This document shows, piece by piece, positions 19,401-26,901 of a stretch of DNA of 64,000 nucleotides (its first letter is position 1; the number at the start of each line of letters is the position of its first letter). The notes beneath the pieces are model-generated. The model searched no databases. It was not told where the DNA came from and worked only from the letters and a program-made list of their open reading frames with translations. The stretch is from positions 32,001 to 96,000 of the forward strand of contig CAVUWD010000012.1 of assembly GCA_963745025.1 (NCBI GenBank). Reading direction: 5' to 3'. The translations under genes and the position numbers were made by a program. The DNA comes from an uncultured delta proteobacterium. GTDB lineage: Bacteria; Desulfobacterota; Binatia; JACPRU01.

Positions 19401-21979
19401 CAGTCCATCTCCACGCCGTTCACGTAGAGCCGAGCGAGCGAGCCGAGCATCGTCGCGCGCTCGGCTTCCGTCCGGCGCAGCGAGGGGAGGACGGCGCCCT
19501 TGCAGGAGTGATGTCGCAGGCACTCTGCGATCGAAGCGCCCACCGCGGGGTGCGCGCTCAGCTCGAGAAAGATCCGCCAGCCACGATGGACGAGCGCGCC
19601 GACCGCCGGCGCGAAGCGCACCGTCTCGCGCACGTTCCGCCACCAGTACTCGGCCGAGAGCTCGTCGCCGACGAGCTCTCCCGCCGTCACGGTCGAGATC
19701 ATCGGCAGGTGTGCCGGAGCACGCGCGAAGCTGCCGAGCGACGTCAAGAGCTCTTCGCGGACGGGATCCATCTGCGGGCTGTGAAACGCGTAGTTCACCC
19801 GCAGGAAGCGGCACAAAACCTCCCGAGACTCGAGCGCGGCCGCGATCTCCTCGAGGGCGGCGCCGTCTCCCGAGAGCGTGACCGACGCCGGCGCGTTCAC
19901 GGCGCCGATCGCCACGCGATCCTCGTAGGGCGCGATCACCTCGGCCGCCTCCTCGGCGGAGAGCTCCGCGGCGAGCATTCGTCCGCGCTCCGGTGCGAGA
20001 TCCATGCAGCGGCCGCGCTGGAAGATGACGTGCGCGGCGTCGCCGAGCGTCAGCACGCCTGCGACATGGGCCGCCGCGACCTCACCCACACTGTGCCCGA
20101 CCACGGCCGCCGGCCGAATCCCCCATGACTCCCAGAGTGCGGCCAACGCCACCTGCAGCGCGAAGATCGCCGGCTGGGCGATGGCCGTCTCGGCGAGTCG
20201 CGAGGAGCGCTCATCGCGAGACAGCTCCTCGAGAAGCCGCCAGCTCGCGTGCCGGCCGAGCTCACCGTCACACTCCTCGAGCTTGTCGCGAAAGACGGGC
20301 TCCTCGCGGAAGAGCTCGCGCCCCATGCCCCACCACTGCGGCCCCTGCCCGGAGAACACGAAGGCCACGTCTCGGCGGCCCTCCGCGAGCGGCTGACCGC
20401 AGACCACACCCGGCAGAGACTCGCCGGCAGCGAACGTACCGACCTGCACGCCGATCTCCCGCCGATCGCGGCCGACGATCGCGAGGCGCTCGCGGTGGTG
20501 CGTGCGGCGAGCGCCGGCGGTCCAGCAGATCTCGTCGAGCGAGGCATCGCCCGCCGATGACGACAAAAGCTCGCGGTAGCGGCCGGCGATGGCAGCGAGC
20601 GCGTCGCTGCTCTGGGCCGACATCACCAGCAGCCTTGCGCGCTCGGCCTCCGGTGCGGCCGCAGCGTGCCGGGCTGGCTTCGGCACCGCCTGCAAGATCG
20701 CGTGTGCGTTGCTGCCGCCGAATCCGAAGGAATTGATGCCGGCGAGCGGCGCGTCTCCGCCGCTTCGGGGCATCTCCTCGACCACCACCGGCACGCGCAG
20801 CTTGAGCCGCTCGAAGTCGATCGCGGGATTCGGGTTCTGGAAGTGGAGGTTCGGCGGGATCCGGCCGTGATACAGCGCGAGCGCGAGCTTGATCAGCCCG
20901 GCGATGCCGGCTCCCGCCTCGAGGTGTCCGACGTTCGTCTTCACCGAGCCGACGATGCAGGCGCGGTCGTCGGGCCGGCCCGCGCCGAGCGCCTCGCCGA
21001 GAGCGCGCGCTTCGATCGGATCGCCGACCGGCGTTCCGGTGCCGTGCGCCTCGACGTAACCGATCGCCGACGGCCGCACCTCAGCCTGGCGGCACGCGGC
21101 CCGCACCAGCGCGGCTTGAGCGGCGGCACTCGGTACGGTGATGCCGTTCGTGTGCCCGTCCTGGTTGGCGGCCGTGCCGCGGATCGCGGCATAGATGCGA
21201 TCGCCGTCGGCGAGCGCGGCAGCGAGCGGCTTCAGCACCACGACCCCGGCGCCCTCCGCACGCACGAACCCGTCGGCGCTCGCGTCGAACGCCTTGCACC
21301 GGCCCGTCGGCGACAGCATCGACATCCGGCTGAAGGCGACGAACGGCATCGGCGCGAGCAGCGCGTTCACACCCCCGACCAAGGCGAGCGTGCAGTCGCC
21401 GCTCCGCAGGCTCTCGCAGGCGAGGTGGGCGGCGATCAGCGAAGACGAGCACGCCGTATCGATCGCCACGCTCGGCCCGCGAAGGTCGAAGCAGTAGGAG
21501 ATGCGATTCGCGGCGATGCTCAGCACGCCGCCCGTGGTGCTGTAGATGTCGATTTCGCTGCGCTCGTCCGGGCTCGACTGCAAGAGCTCGTAGTCGTGCG
21601 TTGAAATGCCGATGAACACACCTGTCGGCGAGCCGCGCAGGCGGCTCGCCACCTGCCCCGAGTCTTCGAGCGCCTCCCAGGCCGTCTCGAGAAGCATGCG
21701 TTGCTGCGGGTCCATGAACGCCGCCTCGCGCGGGGAGATACCGAAGAAGGCAGGGTCGAACCGGTCGATTCCGTCCACGAAGCCGGCGAAGCGCGTGATC
21801 GACTTTCCCGTGCGCCCAGGCACGGGATCGTAGTACGCGTCGATGCTCCAACGATCGGCGGGAATCTCGCGCACGGCGTCGACCCCGTCGCAGAGGAGCT
21901 TCCAGAACGTTTGCGGGTGGTCGGCGCCTCCCGGAAACCGGCAGCCGATACCGACGATGGCGATGGGCTCTCGACTCAA
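13388..21979 (-). CDS. Single-module type I polyketide synthase KS-AT-DH-cMT-ER-KR-ACP-TE
   Basis: KS DTACSSS, HGTGT, KTNVGHLE; AT GHSVG, YAFHS; DH HRVQGHVVFP, LLDACFQ; MT LEIGAGTGG; ER AATGGVG; KR TGGLGGFG, VLDD, YVAAN; ACP GVDSL; TE GFSLGG, HY. Likely TTG start at 21979. Confidence 0.95.
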   Translation of the reverse strand: MSREPIAIVGIGCRFPGGADHPQTFWKLLCDGVDAVREIPADRWSIDAYYDPVPGRTGKSITRFAGFVDGIDRFDPAFFGISPREAAFMDPQQRMLLETAWEALEDSGQVASRLRGSPTGVFIGISTHDYELLQSSPDERSEIDIYSTTGGVLSIAANRISYCFDLRGPSVAIDTACSSSLIAAHLACESLRSGDCTLALVGGVNALLAPMPFVAFSRMSMLSPTGRCKAFDASADGFVRAEGAGVVVLKPLAAALADGDRIYAAIRGTAANQDGHTNGITVPSAAAQAALVRAACRQAEVRPSAIGYVEAHGTGTPVGDPIEARALGEALGAGRPDDRACIVGSVKTNVGHLEAGAGIAGLIKLALALYHGRIPPNLHFQNPNPAIDFERLKLRVPVVVEEMPRSGGDAPLAGINSFGFGGSNAHAILQAVPKPARHAAAAPEAERARLLVMSAQSSDALAAIAGRYRELLSSSAGDASLDEICWTAGARRTHHRERLAIVGRDRREIGVQVGTFAAGESLPGVVCGQPLAEGRRDVAFVFSGQGPQWWGMGRELFREEPVFRDKLEECDGELGRHASWRLLEELSRDERSSRLAETAIAQPAIFALQVALAALWESWGIRPAAVVGHSVGEVAAAHVAGVLTLGDAAHVIFQRGRCMDLAPERGRMLAAELSAEEAAEVIAPYEDRVAIGAVNAPASVTLSGDGAALEEIAAALESREVLCRFLRVNYAFHSPQMDPVREELLTSLGSFARAPAHLPMISTVTAGELVGDELSAEYWWRNVRETVRFAPAVGALVHRGWRIFLELSAHPAVGASIAECLRHHSCKGAVLPSLRRTEAERATMLGSLARLYVNGVEMDWRGVYPQAERLATLPGYAWQRERFWHESEGSRQRRLDPALHPFLARDVGAAESTWEGWIDKEAMPYLKDHRVQGHVVFPAAGYVEVAAEAADKQLGAAPWRLEDVDFVRALVVPEGEDVPRLQISLEPQDSRFTISSSLGAEVGRWTAHCVGRLRPDSDAEPAERSTLARVRARCGQRVSPQECYRRFRDAGLEFGPAFRGIETLWRGDGEALGRVRAPEPITEAVGRYRVHPALLDACFQVLSAALPEEPAGGARLYLPVHIERLRFFSRPGPAVWSHARLVRRGGNAIVGDIRIVDDSGALLVEIEGFRCQALRAAISEDPESWLYESRWEAKPLPGTTAPVLPADFLRPASRAAGRAYEVLAQRQGRGGARARFLAIERELDRLCRGYVVAALRELGWKPRAGRSLRAESLARSLGIASAHRPLLDRFLGFLADDGILSRSRDRWRVRRLPETTECELLWRTLLERFPAFHPELVLLRRTGSALAAVLRGESDPLAVIAPGGSLLALEQLYQDAPSFADYNHAVAAAVAEAVGEIPDGRTLRVLEIGAGTGGTTAHVLRRLPADAEYVFSDVSPMFFARAEQKFFEFPRLRCQLLDIEQPPAEQGLEAHSFDVVIACDALHATARLSESLAHVRELVAPQGVFVALEIDRPTRWVDLVFGLTPGWWRFRDHDLRPRHPLLGRSSWRRLLVEAGFTEVNAVPDVRSGHRSGQTILVARAPRSKPAARAPQPAAPSPCGEARSWVLLADRGGTAEALAALLAVCGDSVALVFAGSSYRERGDGRFEVDPRSAEQLRHLFADLQTPADAIVHLWSLDLPPPSETTLDTLIDAERCGCLAALHLVQALCADESAKTPRLWLVTRGSQKIGDEEVSPAQAPLWALGRVIQNEQRRLRCRMIDLDPRAGAGELERLVAELRFEDVEEEIALRGEVRHVNRLARTSLDRLGAYGSAARSYRWEIPSPGALDSLRPSAQPRRRPARGEVEIEVRAAALNFRDVMKALGIYPIENDDDLRIGDECAGRIVALGPGVDGLREEDAVLAMGSGCFASHLTLEAGRVARIPRGLSFEEAATIPVVFLTAWYALHHLGQIGRGEKVLVQAATGGVGLAALEIARLAGAEIFATAGSPEKRDFLRALGVAHGHVMDSRSLAFADQVLAATGGRGVDLVLNSLAGEAIAKGLSVLAPHGRFLEIGKRDIYQDTRIGLRSFRRSLSMFAVDLPQVMRDHPVLTRALIAEILGRFAARKLHPLPHRAFAVSDLAGAFRFMAKAQHVGKVVVSMDDDQVRPRAAGGAAVARFRKDASYLITGGLGGFGLALAQWMVENGARCLVLAGRSGASTPRARRALSALRRRGVRVVVAKSDAANAEQVARLFRRIATSLPPLRGVVHAAMVLDDGILTQLDAERLHRVMAPKVHGAWNLHLQSRDLALDFFVLFSSVSSIVGAPAQGNYVAANGFLDALAHYRRRLGLPALAVNWGQLSEVGYVARHEKVKEHLTRQGILGISPAEALGLLGRLLRSRAGQIGVVRVDWHRWASFLPAVASAPRYAALIGVSAAADGGKAGRGVRDTFLEAPAEQRLGLVTAYVREQVGRVLRTSATKLDVGRPLSELGVDSLMAFELVNRIETQFALALPTSKLTAGTTIERLAAVLFEVLMAAPASSPGPSAQLTATVSQTPHPRADLILAFRAEGSRLPLFCVHPAGGLANVYQHLAESLPADLPVHGLQSRAIAQGVAEQISLARLAADYATEIVERQPSGPYRLLGFSLGGILALAVTTVLEGRGERVELLGVVDSDLSLTLPGRRTGGYVTRHIVDMYRTFAREFAPLRRLEPAKLEEHATDLASRVLAAPASARGATIVRWLTERGLLEASVSPALLERYFSLFDAHVALVEGFHPPAVQAPIVLWHRGQASNGESDRIGPWRRCVGSLFEERSIEGSHYDLLYPPLVTRLAAEIDEVLRRAEDHGGTGSAVTSIPGRGAPVAAAYPGASVRDRAPSARSTPARRGR

Positions 21980-22073
21980 GGCTCGCCTTTGGCCCCCTTC
22001 TTCGAGCCGCCCGGAATCGGGGGCTCCCGGCGCCCGCAGGTGACGCATCTAGATAGTCGACCTGCCGGAGGTT

Positions 22074-22101
22074 TCCAATATGGGTACCGTTCCAAATTGG
22101 A
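22074..22101. promoter_or_regulatory. Tandem palindromic operator-like boxes upstream of the PKS
   Basis: TCCAATATGGG (22074-22084) and perfect palindrome TCCAAATTGGA (22091-22101). Confidence 0.35.
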
Positions 22102-22262
22102 CGACGGTGGCTTTTCCGATCGATCCGGTCTGTCTCGGATCGACCGGAGAAGCCACCCAACCGCGCGAAGCGCGGATCCGCTTCAAGCACCCCGGGGCGG
22201 AAGTTTTCGCTGACCCCTCAAACGGCGGCCACGCTCGATCGTCACCGCATTCGAGCTCGGTC

Positions 22263-24386
22263 TCAGATGCGCACGAGCGGCGTCTCGCGGATCCCGTCCG
22301 GCCAGCTCCCGAAGTGCTTCAGCGCGTCCGCATCGGGCCGTAGCTTCGACCACTCTTTCTCGAAGTCGGCCCAAGCTTTCGCGCGCGCGAGACGGCGCCG
22401 GCGCTCGGCGTCGCGCGCGAGTTTCGTCGCCGCCTCTTCGACGAGGAAAGACTGCGGATCGAAGCGGACGCAGTAGACGTTCTCCGCGGCCCAGCGGCTG
22501 ACGATCCCGGCGCGAACGTCCGCGACGACGGCGGCGGGATCGCGCTGCAGCACGTCGCCGTAGCCGGCGCCGCCGGCGGCGAACTGCACGATGACGTCCC
22601 CGTTCATGCCGATGCGCGTCGGTCGATTGATGTTCTCGAACACGTACTCGCCGCGGATCGTCCGCTCGGTCGCCAGCTCGACGGCGTTCTTCGGCAGGTC
22701 CACGTCTCCGCGGCCCATCTTTTCGATGAGGTCGGTGTTCCGCACCCAGATCCCCGGGCACGCGCTCGACGGATAGCCGCCGAATAGCCCGACAGCGCAG
22801 CTGATCGCCGAGCTCTTGCCGAGGCCCTGCCAGAAGAAGTAGGGCACGTGGTACGGTACGAGTGCGGTCTCCGTCGCGCTTCCGCCCTGGAACTTGCCGA
22901 ACCCGCCGCCGTCCTCGCGGAGGTTCAGGAACAGGCGCAGGAACTGGTACTCGGTCTCCGAGTCCTCGGCGTCTGGAGAGCGCCCGGCGTGCGCCCACGG
23001 GAATCCGTACGCGTGGACGCCATCCTTGTCGACACGGGCACCCTGCCCCTCGGTGTTGAGCGTCGTCGCCTCGAGCTCCGCAACCGGAATCCCATATTGA
23101 TTGACGCCGGCGAAGATCACGGCGCTGCCGTTGTTCGAGTTGGGTGCGCCGACCTGCAGGCGGTCCGGAGAGTCGTACATCATCCGCGCAAAGACCTGCG
23201 GCGTGAGGCTCATCACCAGGCTGTTCACCGTGGGGCTGTTGCTGATCGCCGCGTCGGCTCCGGCGTTGAACACCGAGCCCGGCGGCACCTTCCACTCGAA
23301 GGCGGCGAGCGTCCCGTTCGACACCGGCAGGTCGTGGAACGGGTAGGCGTAGATGTAGATCGCGGCGTGGGCGGCGGCGATGTGCGGGTAGCAGTTGTAC
23401 GAGGAATCGTTCTCCGGGGAGCTGCCGGTGAAATCCATGACGATCGAGTCGCCGCGCTTCTCCGCAGTGAGCACGCCGCGCACCAGCGCCGGCTCGCGCC
23501 CGATCGTGTCGATGAAGATCGTCGAGCGGTAGACGCCGTCGTTCCAGCGAGCGATCCGCTGGCGCACCGCCTTCTCCGCGACCACCACGAGCCGCCGCAA
23601 GAGCCCGCGAACGAAGTCGTTGCCCTTCTCGCGCGCGAGATCGACGATCCGGACGCGGAGCCGATCCGCGCCGGTCACCCGCGCGCGGGTGTCGACCGCC
23701 TGCATGCGCGGCGCGCGGCCGATGAAGTTCTCGAACATGCGCAGCACGTCGGCGCGGATCTGGAAGTTCTCGCCGATCTTGAGCGGCGTGATCTTCATGC
23801 CCTCGTCGTTACGGCTCCGCGCCGAAAGCGGCATCCCGCCCGGCTCGATCGCACCCGTTTCCGGCTGGTGTGCCAGCGCGCACGTCCAGGCGATCAGCTC
23901 GCCGTCGTTGAAGACCGGCATCATTGCCATCTGGTCGCAATTGTGGATGCCGCCGTAGCGGGCCTCGTTCGCGTAGAAGATGTCGCCGTCGCGGACGCCG
24001 ACCGTCGGGTCGGCGTAGAACTCCTGCATGATGTACTTGACCGGCAGCGTGGCGGTGACGCAGTGAAGGTAGGTGCCGGCCGAGGCGTTGGCCAGGTCGC
24101 CGTTTGCGGTGTAGACGCCGACGATCAGGTCCCCCGAGCGCAGCATGCTCGTCACGCCGCTGCGGATGAAGATCTCGCGGGCTTCGTCGAGGAAGTTCGC
24201 GAGCTTCTCGTCGTAGATCTCGTAGTCGCCGGGCTGAAGGAGCTCCATGCACCGCTCTTCGAGCGCCGACGGCTTCTCGGGCTTGATCCACTCGACGACG
24301 CTCGACGGCGTGATCGCGAGCGGCGTCACGCGCAGGTGTTCGGGGACGTCGGCGTTCCGGTTGCGCTTGCTTGCAACGAGGCTCAT
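22263..24386 (-). CDS. apcD: Hydantoinase B/oxoprolinase family; acetophenone carboxylase delta-like catalytic subunit
   Basis: ATG at 24386 overlaps upstream stop (ATGA); RSGD, GGIHNCD, AHQPETG, GGAGYGD; about 707 aa. Confidence 0.8.
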   Translation of the reverse strand: MSLVASKRNRNADVPEHLRVTPLAITPSSVVEWIKPEKPSALEERCMELLQPGDYEIYDEKLANFLDEAREIFIRSGVTSMLRSGDLIVGVYTANGDLANASAGTYLHCVTATLPVKYIMQEFYADPTVGVRDGDIFYANEARYGGIHNCDQMAMMPVFNDGELIAWTCALAHQPETGAIEPGGMPLSARSRNDEGMKITPLKIGENFQIRADVLRMFENFIGRAPRMQAVDTRARVTGADRLRVRIVDLAREKGNDFVRGLLRRLVVVAEKAVRQRIARWNDGVYRSTIFIDTIGREPALVRGVLTAEKRGDSIVMDFTGSSPENDSSYNCYPHIAAAHAAIYIYAYPFHDLPVSNGTLAAFEWKVPPGSVFNAGADAAISNSPTVNSLVMSLTPQVFARMMYDSPDRLQVGAPNSNNGSAVIFAGVNQYGIPVAELEATTLNTEGQGARVDKDGVHAYGFPWAHAGRSPDAEDSETEYQFLRLFLNLREDGGGFGKFQGGSATETALVPYHVPYFFWQGLGKSSAISCAVGLFGGYPSSACPGIWVRNTDLIEKMGRGDVDLPKNAVELATERTIRGEYVFENINRPTRIGMNGDVIVQFAAGGAGYGDVLQRDPAAVVADVRAGIVSRWAAENVYCVRFDPQSFLVEEAATKLARDAERRRRLARAKAWADFEKEWSKLRPDADALKHFGSWPDGIRETPLVRI

Positions 24387-26536
24387 CGCATCACCTTGGT
24401 GATCAACAGATTTGCCATCGGATCGACCTCGACCGCGTATCCCGGAGCCACGACGGCGGTGGAATAGGCCGCCTCGACGATCGCCGGCCCCTCGAACCGG
24501 TTGCCGGGCCGGAGCTTGTCCTCGTCGTAGATCGGCGTGTCGATTCGCTCGCAGCGCTCGTCCCAGATCGCCGGCCGCGTGCCGGTCCGCGCGGCCGAAG
24601 CGTCGGGCCCAGCGAGCGAGCCGGACGGGATCTCCCACTGCGGCTCGGCGACCTCGGCGCGCAGCACGAAGCTGTGGATCTCGACGCCGCCCTCCGGAAA
24701 GACGTTCACCGGGCTGAAGGCGGAGGCGTAGTCCTTCTCGAAGCTCTCGTAGAGCTCCATCACGTCCTCGACCGAGGAGAGCCGAGTCTTCGGCGCGGCC
24801 GCGCGGTGAATGTGGATCTGCCCGCCGTACTTGGCGTCGAGCTCGAGGCTGAAGCGGGCGCGGCTCGCATCGTAGCCTTCGCCGGCGAGGTCCTTCCGCG
24901 CTCTCTGCTCGAGCCGCTCGACGACCTCGTTGAATTCGTCGAAACGCGTCATCGGCGACTGGGTGTTCGGGGCCAGCAGCTCGAGCCGCTTCGAGGCTTC
25001 GTAGATATGGACGAGCGGCATGGTCGACGCGCCCCACGCGCAGAAGACCGGCGAGAACGGGAAGATCACCATCGTCTTCATGCCGAGCGCGCCGCCGTAG
25101 CCGACACAGTGGGTCGGGCCGGCGCCGCCGAAGGCGAACAGCGCGAAGTCCTTGGGATCGAAGCCGCGCAGGAACGTCTCGCGCGCGATCACGTCGGCCA
25201 TGTTGGCGTCGACGATTCGCTTGACGCGCAGCGCCGCCTGCTCGATCGTGATGCCGAGCGGCTTGGCGATCTTCGTCTCGATCGCCTTGACGGCGAGCTC
25301 GGGCTTCAAGCGCATCTTGCCGCCGAAGTAACGGTTCGGGTTCATGTAGCCGAGCACGAGGTCGGCATCGGTCACGGTCGGCTCCTGCCCGCCAAGGCCG
25401 TAACAGGCCGGGCCGGGCATCGAGCCGGCGCCGCGCGGCCCGACCTCGAGGCGGTTGCCGAGCGCCTGGTTCAGCCAGGCGATCGAGCCGCCGCCCGCTC
25501 CGATCGAGCGTGTCTCGAGGATCGACATGTCGACCCAGTAGCGGTCGATGATCGGCCGGAACTTGTAGAAGCGGGTCGAGCCCTTGACGACGAGCCCGAT
25601 GTCGAAGCTCGTGCCGCCCATGTCGGTCACCAGCACGTTGTCGTAACCGAGGCGCTTGCCGATCGCCGACCCGCCGATCAAACCGGCGACGGGCCCGCCG
25701 TTGTAGGTCTGTACCGCGGAGGTGCGGTACACTTCGGCCATGCCTCCGGTGTTGTGGACCATCATGATGCCGCGCGAGTAGCCGGCGTCGCGCAGCTCGT
25801 CCCCCATTCCCGAGAGCTCCTCCCACATCGACTGATGGAGGTAGGCGTTGAGCACCGTCGTGTTCGTCCGCGTGTACTCGAGGCGCTTCGGCACCACGTC
25901 GGAGGAGAGCATGATCGGCATCGCGCCGAGGTACGCTTCGGGAAACTCCGCTTCGATGAGTTCGCGTATTCGCCGCTCGTGGACCGGGTTCAGGTACGAG
26001 AAGAGGAGCGAGACCACGAAGCCACGCGCGCCGCGGTCGACGAGGGCCCGGAGCCCGTCGAGGAAGTGCTCCTCGTCGAGCGGACGCACGACCTTGCCGA
26101 AGCAGTCGACTCGCTCACGGACGGCGAGGGTCATCTCGGACTCGACGAGCGGCTCGGCCTTGGTGATGCGCGCGACGTTGCGGATCTCGCGCAGCACGGC
26201 CGCGTCCATCCAGGAAGCGCCCCTGGAGATGCGCAGGACGTCCTGGAAACCCTCGGTCGCGAGCAGCGCCAAGCGGGGACCGGTCCGCTGAATGAGCGTG
26301 TTCATCGCCACCGTCGTCGAGTAACGGATCGTCTCGGTCGCGGAGAGGAGGTCCTCGGTCGAGATCCCGAGCTCGGTCGCCGCGGACTTGAGGGCACGCA
26401 TGAAACCGACGGCGAGGCGGAAGCCGGTCGTCGGCGTCTTGCACGCGGCCATCCGCCCATCCGGCAGGCGGACGAAGCAATCCGTGAACGTCCCCCCGAT
26501 GTCGACGTCGATCGTGGCTCCGGTCGGGCCGCTCAC
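24383..26536 (-). CDS. apcC: Hydantoinase A/oxoprolinase family; acetophenone carboxylase gamma-like subunit
   Basis: GTGA overlap at 26533-26536; DIGGTFTD, DMGGTSFD, GAGGGS, GGAGPTH. Confidence 0.82.
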   Translation of the reverse strand: MSGPTGATIDVDIGGTFTDCFVRLPDGRMAACKTPTTGFRLAVGFMRALKSAATELGISTEDLLSATETIRYSTTVAMNTLIQRTGPRLALLATEGFQDVLRISRGASWMDAAVLREIRNVARITKAEPLVESEMTLAVRERVDCFGKVVRPLDEEHFLDGLRALVDRGARGFVVSLLFSYLNPVHERRIRELIEAEFPEAYLGAMPIMLSSDVVPKRLEYTRTNTTVLNAYLHQSMWEELSGMGDELRDAGYSRGIMMVHNTGGMAEVYRTSAVQTYNGGPVAGLIGGSAIGKRLGYDNVLVTDMGGTSFDIGLVVKGSTRFYKFRPIIDRYWVDMSILETRSIGAGGGSIAWLNQALGNRLEVGPRGAGSMPGPACYGLGGQEPTVTDADLVLGYMNPNRYFGGKMRLKPELAVKAIETKIAKPLGITIEQAALRVKRIVDANMADVIARETFLRGFDPKDFALFAFGGAGPTHCVGYGGALGMKTMVIFPFSPVFCAWGASTMPLVHIYEASKRLELLAPNTQSPMTRFDEFNEVVERLEQRARKDLAGEGYDASRARFSLELDAKYGGQIHIHRAAAPKTRLSSVEDVMELYESFEKDYASAFSPVNVFPEGGVEIHSFVLRAEVAEPQWEIPSGSLAGPDASAARTGTRPAIWDERCERIDTPIYDEDKLRPGNRFEGPAIVEAAYSTAVVAPGYAVEVDPMANLLITKVMR

Positions 26537-26901
26537 GGTTTCGACTCCTTCTCCTCCGCGGCCGCCCCGTCTTCCTCTTCCTGGGCACGATTGCGCAGCG
26601 CCTCGAGGTCGAGCTCGATGTCGCGGGTGATCGGGTGGCCCGGCGGAAGCATCTCCACTTCGATCATCGCCGCGCATCCCGGGCAGTAGAATTCGACGAG
26701 GCGCGTCCAGCCGGGGTCGTACGAGAACGAATGCTTCTCGTCGACGAGCGGGCGCCAGATCTCGTGCGGGCTACGCTCGGCCACCATGCACCCGTGCTTG
26801 TAGTTCTCGCGAGCCGAGCCGAGCGAGTGGCCGCACCAGTGGCAGAGCCACTCGAGGCGGTCGAGGTCGACTTCGAGGTTCTCCGTGATCCGTCGCTTCA
26901 T
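26533..26901 (-). CDS. apcB: Small zinc-binding subunit (acetone carboxylase gamma family; ApcB-like)
   Basis: ATG at 26901 (ATGA overlap): MKRRITENLEVDL...CHWCGHSLG..RENYKHG...EFYCPGC...EVEMLPPGHP; 122 aa. Confidence 0.82.
   Translation of the reverse strand: MKRRITENLEVDLDRLEWLCHWCGHSLGSARENYKHGCMVAERSPHEIWRPLVDEKHSFSYDPGWTRLVEFYCPGCAAMIEVEMLPPGHPITRDIELDLEALRNRAQEEEDGAAAEEKESKP

Noticed and set aside
22263-25826. 1187-aa ORF as one protein
   Set aside because: The first 480 codons are an alternate frame of apcC; the real gene starts at 24386
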